DNA of 64,000 nucleotides from Bacteroidaceae bacterium (GCA_045113495.1 JBGUIZ010000003.1:18665-82664); one strand, 5' to 3'. Shown: positions 31,436 through 40,539, counted from the first letter of the stretch. The notes: generated from the sequence alone by a model not told the origin. Program-made: numbers and translations.

Positions 31436-32296
31436 ATGGAGAGACCTACAGTTGCACTGATGTATGATTTTGACGGAACATTGTCGCCGTCATACATGCA
31501 GGAGTACGATTTTATGGACGCCATAGGACTCACCGACAAGGACTCGTTCTGGAAAGAGTCCCACGGCCTGGCCGAACGGCAGCAGTGCAGTACAATCCTT
31601 GCATACATGAAGCTTATGGTCGACAAGGCCAAAGAGAACGGCATAAGCATCCGCCGCCAGCAGTTCGTGGAGTTTGGCCGCGGAATAGGATTCTTTCCCG
31701 GAGTGGAGCAGTGGTTCGAACTGATAAACCGCAAGGGTGATGAGATAGGAGTGAACATAGAACACTATATCATCTCGTCGGGACTCAAGGAACTGATAGA
31801 GGGCACATCCATTGCAAAATACTTCAAGCAGATATACGCATGCTCGTTCATGTATGAGAACGACAAGGCTGTATGGCCCGGTGTTGCTGTGGATTTCACC
31901 TCCAAGACACAGTTCATATTCATGATCAATAAGGGCATACACGATATCTGGCGCAATGCACAGATCAATGATTCCATGCCCGATGAAGGCCGTCCTGTGC
32001 CGTTCCAGCATATGATATACTTTGGTGACGGAGAGACTGACATACCCAGTATGCGAATAGTCAAGGGTGAGGGAGGCCGCTCCATAGCAATTTACAAGCC
32101 CGGCAATGATTCAAGCCGCGCACAGGCACGCAATCTGGTACAGAGAGGACGCGTTAATTTTGCATGCCCGGGTGATTACACCGAGGGCAGTGAACTGTAC
32201 AATGCCGTGATAGCCACGATAGCAACAATCAAGACAGATTCCGAATTCCATTATCTGGAGCGCAGAAACCAGAAATCCATGCTTCAGAACGATTAA
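31436..32296 (+). CDS. HAD-superfamily hydrolase
   Basis: 286 aa. Motif I LMYDFDGTL and a late GDGETD motif. Confidence 0.75.
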   Translation: MERPTVALMYDFDGTLSPSYMQEYDFMDAIGLTDKDSFWKESHGLAERQQCSTILAYMKLMVDKAKENGISIRRQQFVEFGRGIGFFPGVEQWFELINRKGDEIGVNIEHYIISSGLKELIEGTSIAKYFKQIYACSFMYENDKAVWPGVAVDFTSKTQFIFMINKGIHDIWRNAQINDSMPDEGRPVPFQHMIYFGDGETDIPSMRIVKGEGGRSIAIYKPGNDSSRAQARNLVQRGRVNFACPGDYTEGSELYNAVIATIATIKTDSEFHYLERRNQKSMLQND

Positions 32297-32304
32297 CAAG
32301 ACCT

Positions 32305-33111
32305 ATGGAAAAATTCAATATAATAGTTTTGGCAAAGCAGGTACCCGATACCCGTCAGGTGGGAAAGGATGCCATGAATGCCGACGGCACCATTAACCGT
32401 GCCGCACTTCCGGCAGTGTTCAACCCGGAGGATCTCAATGCCCTGGAGCAGGCCCTTGCCATCAAGGACCGTTTCCCCGGCAGCACAGTGACAATGCTCA
32501 CTATGGGTCCTGAGAGAGCAAAAGAGATAGTGATGGAGGGTGTATACCGCGGTGCCGATGACGGATATCTGCTTTCAGACCGTCTGTTTGCAGGTGCCGA
32601 TACACTTGCCACATCATATGCCCTGTCAACCGCAATCCGCAAGATAGGCAAGTTTGATATAATAATAGGTGGACGCCAGGCTATTGACGGTGATACCGCA
32701 CAGGTAGGCCCTCAGGTAGCCGAGAAGCTGGGTCTGAACCAGATTACCTACGTTGAGGAGGTGCTGGAGATGGATGCCAAGAGCGTAACCGTAAAGCGTG
32801 TGATCACAGGTGGTGTGGAGACCGTGAAGGCTCCGCTGCCCTGCCTGCTTACCGTGAACGGAAGCGCCGCCCCCTGCCGCCCCCGCAACGCCAAGCTGCT
32901 CATGAGCCGCAAGCGTTATGAGGTACCCACATGGGCTGTGGCCGATGTCAATGCCGATCCCGCCAAGTGCGGTCTGTCAGGCTCACCCACCAAGGTAAAG
33001 AAGATTGAGAACATAGTATTCCAGGCCAAGGAGAGCAAGCGCTTTGGTGCAGCCGATGCCGATATCGCAGCTCTGATTGATGAACTGGCCGTTAACCACA
33101 TAATAGGATAA
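32305..33111 (+). CDS. etfB: Electron transfer flavoprotein subunit beta
   Basis: 268 aa with IVLAKQVPDT, NPEDLNALEQAL and GRQAIDGDTAQVGP. Confidence 0.92.
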   Translation: MEKFNIIVLAKQVPDTRQVGKDAMNADGTINRAALPAVFNPEDLNALEQALAIKDRFPGSTVTMLTMGPERAKEIVMEGVYRGADDGYLLSDRLFAGADTLATSYALSTAIRKIGKFDIIIGGRQAIDGDTAQVGPQVAEKLGLNQITYVEEVLEMDAKSVTVKRVITGGVETVKAPLPCLLTVNGSAAPCRPRNAKLLMSRKRYEVPTWAVADVNADPAKCGLSGSPTKVKKIENIVFQAKESKRFGAADADIAALIDELAVNHIIG

Positions 33112-33114
33112 GCC

Positions 33115-34134
33115 ATGAACAGCGTATTCGTATATTGTGAGCTTGAGGGCAACCAGGTTGCTCCTGTCAGTCAGGAACTGCTCACCAAGGGCCGCTCACT
33201 GGCCAGCCAGCTTGGAGTAAAACTTGAGGCAATTGCCATTGGCAGTGAGCTCAAGGGTATAGAGAACCAGATACTTCCTTACGGTGTTGATGTGCTGCAT
33301 CTGTTTGATGACAAGGCACTGGCACCTTACACTACAGCACCCCATTCAGCAATCCTGGTAAAGCTGTTCCAGGAGGAGAAGCCGCAGATTGCACTTATGG
33401 GCGCAACCGTAATAGGCCGTGACCTGGGCCCCAGGGTATCATCGGCACTGGGTAGCGGACTTACTGCCGATTGCACCAACCTGGAGATTGGTGAGTATGA
33501 GGACAAGAAGACAGGCAAGGTATATGAGAACCTGCTCTATCAGATCCGTCCCGCATTCGGCGGTAACATCATAGCTACCATCGTCAACCCCGACCACCGT
33601 CCCCAGATGGCAACCGTACGTCAGGGCGTGATGAAGAATGAGCCTCTTAAGGATGCTGCAAAAGGAACCATTGTAAACCATAAGGTTGCGGATTATGTAA
33701 GCCAGGCAGACCTGGCAGTAAGCGTCATAGAGCGCCACATGCAGAAACCCTCACACCATCTGGACAGCGCCAGCATAGTTGTTGCCGGCGGTTACGGAAT
33801 GGGCAGCCGCGAGGGCTTTGACATGCTGTTCAAGCTGGCTGACCTGTTGCATGCAGAGGTCGGCGCCAGCCGTGCCGCAGTAGATGCCGGTATGGTTGAC
33901 CATGACCGTCAGATAGGTCAGACTGGTCTTACCGTACGCCCCAAGCTCTATATCGCCTGCGGTATATCGGGCCAGATACAGCACATAGCAGGTATGCGTG
34001 AGAGCAGCCTCATCATGTCAATCAACCAGGATCCCGATGCTCCCATCAACGCCATTGCCGATTATGTGGTAACTGGCCGCGTTGAGGATGTGATTCCCAA
34101 AATGATCCGTAACTTAAAGGAGATTTCAAAATGA
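33115..34134 (+). CDS. etfA: Electron transfer flavoprotein subunit alpha
   Basis: 339 aa. C-terminal FAD-binding region (VVAGGYGMG...GASRAAVDAG...QIGQTG..V.PKLYIACGISGQIQH). Confidence 0.92.
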   Translation: MNSVFVYCELEGNQVAPVSQELLTKGRSLASQLGVKLEAIAIGSELKGIENQILPYGVDVLHLFDDKALAPYTTAPHSAILVKLFQEEKPQIALMGATVIGRDLGPRVSSALGSGLTADCTNLEIGEYEDKKTGKVYENLLYQIRPAFGGNIIATIVNPDHRPQMATVRQGVMKNEPLKDAAKGTIVNHKVADYVSQADLAVSVIERHMQKPSHHLDSASIVVAGGYGMGSREGFDMLFKLADLLHAEVGASRAAVDAGMVDHDRQIGQTGLTVRPKLYIACGISGQIQHIAGMRESSLIMSINQDPDAPINAIADYVVTGRVEDVIPKMIRNLKEISK

Positions 34135-35822
34135 ACAGATATAAAGATACCCCTGAACTTGAAGCCCGCATGCACTCTCCGCTTATGGAGCGCATTGTGG
34201 AGCTTAAGGAGAACTTCTATTCAGAGGCTGGCAAGTTTGATTATGCACCGGCCGATTTTGCCGATGCAATGGACAATTTTGACCGCGTGCTGGAACTGAC
34301 CGGCAGCGTATGCGAGGATGTGATTGCACCCAACGCAGAGCGCGTGGACCGCGAAGGCTCACACTGCAGCGGTGGCCGCGTGCAGTATTCTGAGGGCACT
34401 GCCCAGAACCTCAAGGTCATGCATCAGGCCGGAATGTCCGGATTCGGACTGCCCCGTCAGTACGGTGGTCTGAACATGCCTGTAACCGTGTTCAGCGCAG
34501 TATGTGAGATGATATCACGTGCCGATGCATCATTCCAGAACGTATGGGGCCTACAGTCATGCGCCGATACCATCAATGAGTTCGGCAGCGCAGAGCAGAA
34601 AGAGAAATACCTGACTATGGCAAGCAACGGCGCCACCATGTCAATGGACCTTACTGAGCCCGATGCCGGTAGTGACCTGCAGAGCGTGATGCTCAAGGCA
34701 ACAGAAGATCCGGAGAACGGCTGCTGGCGCTTGAATGGCGTAAAGCGTTTCATCACCAACGGTGACAGCGATATCCACCTGGTACTGGCCCGCAGTGAGG
34801 AGGGTACCACCGACGGCCGCGGTCTGTCACTCTTTATCTATGACAAGCGTAACGGTGGCGTGAACGTTCGCCGTATTGAGGATAAGATGGGTATTCACGG
34901 ATCACCCACCTGCGAGCTGGTGTTTAACAATGCCAAGGCAGAGCTTTGCGGTGACCGCCGTCTGGGTCTTATCAAGTATGTGATGGCTCTTATGAACGGA
35001 GCCCGTCTGGGTATCGCCACACAGAGCGTAGGTATTCAGGATGCCGCATGGCGTGAGGCTGTGGCATATGCTGCAGAACGCCGTCAGTTTGGCCGTAACA
35101 TCGATACATTCCCCGCTGTCTACCAGATGCTGGCAGTGATGAAGGCCAAGGTTGAGGCTTCACGCTCACTCCTGTATGAGACATCACGTTACGTTGATAT
35201 CTACAAGTCACTTGATGCAATAGCTAAGGTACGCACACTCACCCCTGAGGAGCGTCAGGAGAGCAAGCGTTACAGCCGTCTGGCCGATGCGCTCACTCCC
35301 ATATCAAAGGGTATGACCAGTGAGTTCGCCAACCAGAACACATATGACAGCATACAGATACACGGAGGTTCAGGCTTTATGCGTGATTACGCCTGCGAGC
35401 GCCTGTACCGCGATGCCCGTATCACCTCAATCTATGAGGGTACCACACAGCTGCAGGTTGTAGCCGCCCTGCGTTACGTGACCAGCGGCGTATACTCACA
35501 GTTCGTGAAGGATATGCTGGCTACACTGCCTGACTCAGAGAGCAAGGCAGCCATCAGCGCCCTGACCCAGAAGCTGGATGCCATGACCGCTCATGTGCTG
35601 GACCAGAAGGAGACTGAGGTCAATGATTTCTGCGGACGCCGCCTCATGGAGAGCGCAGCTTACTGCGTAATGAGCACCCTGCTGCTGCGTGACTCAGTAG
35701 AGACTCCCGATCTTTTTGACAAGTCACTCAAGGTATTCCTTGACTATGCACTCTCACAGGTGGAGGGTCATTACAGCGTAGTGATGACCTGGACCGCCCA
35801 GAGCATGGAATATTATAAATAA
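34131..35822 (+). CDS. Acyl-CoA dehydrogenase family protein (long form)
   Basis: 563 aa with MSMDLTEPDAGSD, ITNGD, GSPTCEL and IHGGSGFMRDYACERLYRDARITSIYEGTTQLQ. 4-nt overlap with etfA. Confidence 0.9.
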   Translation: MNRYKDTPELEARMHSPLMERIVELKENFYSEAGKFDYAPADFADAMDNFDRVLELTGSVCEDVIAPNAERVDREGSHCSGGRVQYSEGTAQNLKVMHQAGMSGFGLPRQYGGLNMPVTVFSAVCEMISRADASFQNVWGLQSCADTINEFGSAEQKEKYLTMASNGATMSMDLTEPDAGSDLQSVMLKATEDPENGCWRLNGVKRFITNGDSDIHLVLARSEEGTTDGRGLSLFIYDKRNGGVNVRRIEDKMGIHGSPTCELVFNNAKAELCGDRRLGLIKYVMALMNGARLGIATQSVGIQDAAWREAVAYAAERRQFGRNIDTFPAVYQMLAVMKAKVEASRSLLYETSRYVDIYKSLDAIAKVRTLTPEERQESKRYSRLADALTPISKGMTSEFANQNTYDSIQIHGGSGFMRDYACERLYRDARITSIYEGTTQLQVVAALRYVTSGVYSQFVKDMLATLPDSESKAAISALTQKLDAMTAHVLDQKETEVNDFCGRRLMESAAYCVMSTLLLRDSVETPDLFDKSLKVFLDYALSQVEGHYSVVMTWTAQSMEYYK

Positions 35823-35826
35823 TGAG

Positions 35827-35834
35827 TACTTTTG
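35827..35834 (+). promoter_or_regulatory. -7 box TActTTTG upstream of the MATE gene
   Basis: Exact TAnnTTTG match. The ORF-track TTG start (35832) is part of this box. Confidence 0.4.
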
Positions 35835-35858
35835 TGCCAGGTTTTTAAACAGACTCTG

Positions 35859-37256
35859 GTGCACAGCGATAATGTTGACATACTGAAAAGTGAGGCCCGC
35901 TACAGGCGGCTCACGGAGACACCGGTTCCAAGGCTGGTACTTAGCCTGGCGGTGCCCACAGTAATAAGTATGTCCATATCGGCCATCTACAATATTGTAG
36001 ATTCATGGTTTGTAGGCCACATCAGCACCGTCGCTACGGCGGGTGTCGGTGTGGCTTTCGCATACCAGTCACTCATTCAGGCCACCGGTTTCTTCTTTGG
36101 ACACGGATCCGGCAACTATATGTCACGGGCGCTGGGTGCACGTGATGCCGAAGGGGCCGGCAAGATGGCCGCTACCGGATTCCTGTCATCATTCCTGCTG
36201 GGACTGGTGTTCATGGTGCTGGGACTCTGTTTCATGACACCACTGTCCAGACTGCTGGGTGCTACCCCCGATGTGGTGCCGTACTCAAACGCTTACCTTA
36301 GGTGGATACTCATAGCCACGCCGTTCCTGGTGTCACAGATGACCCTGAACAACCAGTTGCGCCTGCAGGGTAATGCCATGCTGGCTATGATAGGTATTGC
36401 GGCCGGAGCGGTGCTGAACATATTCTTTGACTGGCTGCTCATAGACCGTCTGGATATGGGCGTGCAGGGTGCATCAATGGCTACGCTCATAAGCCAGTTC
36501 ATATCATGGTGTCTGCTGCTGTGGGCTACCACGCTTGACGGTAACGTCCATATACAGCTGCGAAACTTTGCACCTACGCTAGGCAGGCTGCGTGAGATAG
36601 GGGCGGGCGGACTGCCGTCACTTATGCGTCAGTCACTCTCCAGCATATCGGCCATATGCATGAACTGGGCGGCTGCAAGTTATGCGCTCCAGGGCCGGGA
36701 GGCATCGACCATTGCGGCATTTACCGTGGTGGCCAGGGTGATGCAGACCGCCATGGCCGTGATACTGGGTGTGGGCCAGGGATTCCAGCCGGTATGCGGA
36801 TTCAACTGGGGTGCCAGACTGTACGGCCGCGTAAGGCAGTCTTACCAGTTTACCATCAGCATGTGCGTGGTGATACTGCTGGTGACTTCCACACTGGGTT
36901 GGGTGTTTGCACCGGAGATCATCAGCTTTTTCCGTGATGAGGATCCGGAACTTATAAGAATAGGTACGACGGTGCTGCGCTGGCAGTGCGTGGCATTCCC
37001 GCTCGTGGGCCTGACCACTCCTACCAACATGCTGCTGCAGAACATACGCCGTACCGGCAGGGCCACTCTGCTGGCCATGAGCCGTCACGGTTTCGCATTC
37101 TATCCCACACTCTTTATTCTGCCCGCCATCTGGGGCTTGCAGGGGCTGGAGGCTACGATGGCTACGGCCGATGTCATTACATTCTCCATAGCACTGCCTT
37201 TTGCAATAGGTATGATACGTGAGCTTTCGGCCCGTGAGAGAGGAGAAATTGCCTAA
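35859..37256 (+). CDS. MATE family efflux transporter
   Basis: The 474-aa ORF track entry starts at TTG 35832, inside the -7 box. The next in-frame start is GTG 35859; the first ATG would delete TM1. 12-TM profile with an N-terminus LTETPVPRLVLSLAVPTVISMSISAIYNIVDSWFVG typical of MATE/NorM. Confidence 0.85.
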   Translation: MHSDNVDILKSEARYRRLTETPVPRLVLSLAVPTVISMSISAIYNIVDSWFVGHISTVATAGVGVAFAYQSLIQATGFFFGHGSGNYMSRALGARDAEGAGKMAATGFLSSFLLGLVFMVLGLCFMTPLSRLLGATPDVVPYSNAYLRWILIATPFLVSQMTLNNQLRLQGNAMLAMIGIAAGAVLNIFFDWLLIDRLDMGVQGASMATLISQFISWCLLLWATTLDGNVHIQLRNFAPTLGRLREIGAGGLPSLMRQSLSSISAICMNWAAASYALQGREASTIAAFTVVARVMQTAMAVILGVGQGFQPVCGFNWGARLYGRVRQSYQFTISMCVVILLVTSTLGWVFAPEIISFFRDEDPELIRIGTTVLRWQCVAFPLVGLTTPTNMLLQNIRRTGRATLLAMSRHGFAFYPTLFILPAIWGLQGLEATMATADVITFSIALPFAIGMIRELSARERGEIA

Positions 37257-37264
37257 GATTTGTA

Positions 37265-37272
37265 TATCTTTG
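37265..37272 (+). promoter_or_regulatory. -7 box TAtcTTTG upstream of the M20 peptidase gene
   Basis: Exact TAnnTTTG match 5 nt before ATG 37277. Confidence 0.4.
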
Positions 37273-37276
37273 CCGC

Positions 37277-38344
37277 ATGGAACAATCATTCAGTGACATG
37301 CTTGCGCTGCTAAAGCAGCTTATTGCCACTCCGTCAGTGACACGTCAGGAGCAGGAGGTATCGGCCATAATGAAGGCCGATATGGTTCGTCATGGCTATA
37401 CCCCTAAGGAGATAGGGCTCAACCTGCTGCTTTACGGACACTCTTATGATCCCGCCAAGCCTACGCTGCTGCTAAACAGCCATATGGATACGGTAAAGCC
37501 GGTGGCAGGCTGGACCAAGGACCCCTTTACACCTACTGTTGAGGATGGTAAATTGTACGGTCTGGGCAGTAATGATGACGGAGCGGGCCTGGTGTCATTG
37601 CTCTATACGTTCTATCAGCTGGACAGCAAACCGCAGGCCTATAACCCCATTTTCCTGGCTACGGTCGAGGAGGAGGTGAACGGCACGGGAGGCATGAAGC
37701 TGGCCGTGAATGAGCTGCCTAAGGTTGACGTAGCATTGATAGGTGAGCCTACCGGCATGCAGCCCGCAGTGGCTGAGAAGGGCCTGATGGTGCTGGACTT
37801 TACCGCGCACGGTAAGGCCGGTCATGCGGCACGTAATGAGGGCATAAACGCTCTGTACCGCGCCATGGATGTGATTGCCATGCTGCGTGATTTCAAGTTC
37901 ACGGAGCAGTCTGACCTGCTGGGCCCCGTCAAGATGACCGTGACCATGATCAATGCCGGCACACAGCATAACGTTATACCCGATACCTGCACCTTCACCG
38001 CCGATATCCGCAGCAACGAGTTCTACTCTAACCACAGGATATTTGACATGATAAGCGCAGCGTTGCCTGAGTGGTGTGAGGTTAAGGCCAGGTCTTTCAA
38101 TCTCAACTCATCAAGGATTGACGTTAATCATCCTATCATACGTAAGGCTGCAGGCATGGGCATGGTACCGTACGGATCACCTACGCTGTCTGACCAGGCA
38201 ATACTGGATTGCCCCTCATTCAAACTTGGTCCGGGCCAGTCAAGCCGTTCACATACGGCCGATGAATATGTGGGTCTGGACGAGTTGGAGCAGGCAGTTC
38301 CACTATATCTGGAATTGCTTGACGGACTGCGTATCGATGAATAA
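37277..38344 (+). CDS. M20-family metallohydrolase (ArgE/DapE-like deacylase)
   Basis: 355 aa with LLNSHMDTV, LYGLGSNDDGAG, EEEVNGTGG and GEPT. Confidence 0.85.
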   Translation: MEQSFSDMLALLKQLIATPSVTRQEQEVSAIMKADMVRHGYTPKEIGLNLLLYGHSYDPAKPTLLLNSHMDTVKPVAGWTKDPFTPTVEDGKLYGLGSNDDGAGLVSLLYTFYQLDSKPQAYNPIFLATVEEEVNGTGGMKLAVNELPKVDVALIGEPTGMQPAVAEKGLMVLDFTAHGKAGHAARNEGINALYRAMDVIAMLRDFKFTEQSDLLGPVKMTVTMINAGTQHNVIPDTCTFTADIRSNEFYSNHRIFDMISAALPEWCEVKARSFNLNSSRIDVNHPIIRKAAGMGMVPYGSPTLSDQAILDCPSFKLGPGQSSRSHTADEYVGLDELEQAVPLYLELLDGLRIDE

Positions 38345-38443
38345 TTATGCGTTGATTCGTTGATTGTGACGGCGCAAAAGTGTTATAATCTGCAAATTTC
38401 ACTTAAATTGCCCTCAAAAATATACGAGATAAAAAATAAAGAA

Positions 38444-38451
38444 TAACTTTG
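38444..38451 (+). promoter_or_regulatory. Orphan -7 box TAacTTTG in the M20 / ATPase intergenic region
   Basis: Exact TAnnTTTG match with no ORF downstream before the terminator at 38559-38601. Confidence 0.35.
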
Positions 38452-38558
38452 TACCGCGATTACGAAAAGCGGTTAACCCGCGTAAGTGATCATTAATAGT
38501 TAGATAGTCCTTTTTATAAATATCATTGGGTATCGTTTGATGTGAATCACGCGCCGCC

Positions 38559-38601
38559 AAAAAAAGAGAAGAGTATGCGCAAGCAGACTCTTCTTTTTTT
38601 T
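38559..38601. terminator. Strong bidirectional-type intrinsic terminator 39 nt upstream of the ATPase start codon
   Basis: A7 run, stem AGAAGAGT/ACTCTTCT (8 bp, extendable by A-T pairs), 12-nt loop, T8 run. Confidence 0.7.
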
Positions 38602-38639
38602 ATACTTTTACCGGAAAGAAACCATAAACCTGAATAGTT

Positions 38640-39461
38640 ATGGAGAGCAGTTACGCCGATGGCATAAGCCGTATAGAGATCAATTCCCTGTGGGGAAGAA
38701 AGCATATCGTATGGGAACTCCGCCCCGATGTCAACATACTTAGCGGTGTGAACGGCACAGGTAAGAGTACTATACTGAACAAGACGGTGGCACGTCTGGA
38801 TTATCTGTCGGGTGAGAGCAAGGACGAGAATCCGGAGGTATCCATAGACTTCTATCCTGACGGTTGCAGGAAATTGCGTTATGACGTGATACGCAGTATA
38901 GACCGTCCGCTCATGCACAGCAACCTGCTTGAGAAGATGAGTGACAAGAGCGTGGTGTCAGAACTTGACTGGCAGCTTTACAAACTGCAGCGCCGTTATC
39001 TGGACTATCAGGTCAACATAGGCAACCGTACCATCCAGCTGCTGACATCGGGCGATCCCTCCAAGATAAGCGAGGCGCAGAATATTGCGGCGCCCAGAGT
39101 CCGTTTCATGGACTTTATGGATGAGCTGTTTGCAGATACCGGTAAGAAGATTGTACGTACAAGCAACGAGATACTGTTTGACCAGTTCGGTTCCACGCTG
39201 TTGCCGTACAGCCTCTCATCGGGCGAGAAACAGCTGCTTGTAATAATGCTAACCACACTGGTTCAGGACATGGCACCTTGTGTACTGCTTATGGATGAGC
39301 CGGAGATATCACTGCACATAGAGTGGCAGCAGCAGCTCATACAACGTGTCCGTTCACTCAATCCCAATGTCCAGATAATCATGACTACCCATTCACCGGC
39401 TCTCATCATGGACGGCTGGATGGATAACGTATATGATGTTGAGGATATAACCGTCAAGTGA
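38640..39461 (+). CDS. Minimal ABC/SMC-type (AAA_21-like) ATPase; putative AriA-like partner of the DUF4435 protein
   Basis: 273 aa. Walker A LSGVNGTGKST, signature-like LSSGEKQ, Walker B VLLMDEPE, H-loop TTHSP. Confidence 0.8.
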   Translation: MESSYADGISRIEINSLWGRKHIVWELRPDVNILSGVNGTGKSTILNKTVARLDYLSGESKDENPEVSIDFYPDGCRKLRYDVIRSIDRPLMHSNLLEKMSDKSVVSELDWQLYKLQRRYLDYQVNIGNRTIQLLTSGDPSKISEAQNIAAPRVRFMDFMDELFADTGKKIVRTSNEILFDQFGSTLLPYSLSSGEKQLLVIMLTTLVQDMAPCVLLMDEPEISLHIEWQQQLIQRVRSLNPNVQIIMTTHSPALIMDGWMDNVYDVEDITVK

Positions 39462-39474
39462 GGGGCTTGGTGGA

Positions 39475-40539
39475 ATGAAGAGGCTCACCGATAACATTAA
39501 CTCCCGGTATTTTGAGGCGGCCGACAGGCTCTTGCCCGGCAAGCGTCGTGGCCGTATCATAGCCTTTGTGGAGAGTTATGATGATGTCTCTTTCTGGCGT
39601 GTCCTATTGGATGAGTTTGAGACTCCTGATCACTATTTCCAGATAATGCTGCCCAATCGTGGCGGCTTGACCAAAGGTAAGAAATCGGCCCTGCGTTCAT
39701 GCATCGAGCATGACGGATTGGGTAAGAGCCTGATTGCGTGCGTGGACAGTGATTATGACTGGCTTCTGCAGGGGGTGACCCAGACATCACGCGATATCAT
39801 ATCCAATCCCTTTGTGATACAGACATACGCATACGCCATAGAGAACTATCAGTGCTGGGCGGGTAGCCTGCATCAGGTATGCGTGCAGTGTACACTTAAC
39901 GATCACCGTCTGATTGATTTCCCGGCTTTCATGGAACTCTACTCAAAGGCTGTGTATCCGTTGTTTGTGTGGAATGTGTGGTTCTACCGCAAGAAAAAGC
40001 ACAATGAGTTCAGTATGCAGGACCTGAGTATTGACATCAGGCTTAAAAGTGTGGATGTACACCGTCCTCAAGCATCCATAACCGCCGTTCAGGAAAAAGT
40101 GGCCCGAAGAGTCCGCTGGCTGGAGAGTCATTACCCGGATGCCGTTCCTGAGGTTGCGGAACTCAGAAAGGAACTGACCTCAATGGGAGTAACGGAAGAG
40201 AGTACGTATCTGTTCCTTCAGGGCCATCATCTGGTGGAGAACGTGATCCTTAAACTACTGCTGCCGGTATGTACTGTCCTGAGGCAGGAGCGTGAGGCCG
40301 AGATCAGGCGTTTTGCAGTGCATGACCAACAGTATCGTAACGAGATAAGCGCATACCAGCATAGTCAGATGAGTCTGACTGAGGCTATACGCAAGAACAC
40401 GCATTACCGCGGCTGTTATCTCTACCAGCGTATGCGTGATGACATGAGCCGCATGTTATCTATGCTTCCAGAAAGCGGGGGTGAGAATAAGCAGGACACT
40501 GAAGACCTCCAGTCGGCCCATCAGCATCAGGAAGGTTGA
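39475..40539 (+). CDS. DUF4435 / TOPRIM-like (OLD-family-type, AriB-like) protein
   Basis: 354 aa with IIAFVESYDD (acidic Glu motif), ACVDSDYD (DxD) and TYAYAIENY, followed by a helical C-terminal half. The last 28 codons are antisense to trkH. Confidence 0.75.
   Translation: MKRLTDNINSRYFEAADRLLPGKRRGRIIAFVESYDDVSFWRVLLDEFETPDHYFQIMLPNRGGLTKGKKSALRSCIEHDGLGKSLIACVDSDYDWLLQGVTQTSRDIISNPFVIQTYAYAIENYQCWAGSLHQVCVQCTLNDHRLIDFPAFMELYSKAVYPLFVWNVWFYRKKKHNEFSMQDLSIDIRLKSVDVHRPQASITAVQEKVARRVRWLESHYPDAVPEVAELRKELTSMGVTEESTYLFLQGHHLVENVILKLLLPVCTVLRQEREAEIRRFAVHDQQYRNEISAYQHSQMSLTEAIRKNTHYRGCYLYQRMRDDMSRMLSMLPESGGENKQDTEDLQSAHQHQEG

Noticed and set aside
31072-31758. 228-aa minus-strand ORF spanning the inverted-repeat element and the start of the HAD gene.
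   Set aside because: It reads through a perfect palindromic element and the HAD promoter and N-terminus. It has no motifs and is spurious.
36633-37289. 218-aa minus-strand ORF, plus several 60-90-aa ORFs, inside the MATE gene.
   Set aside because: They are GC-rich shadow ORFs antisense to a 12-TM transporter gene.
38547-38918. 123-aa minus-strand ORF overlapping the ATPase gene start and the upstream terminator.
   Set aside because: It is antisense to the Walker A-encoding region, runs through the terminator hairpin, and has no start context.
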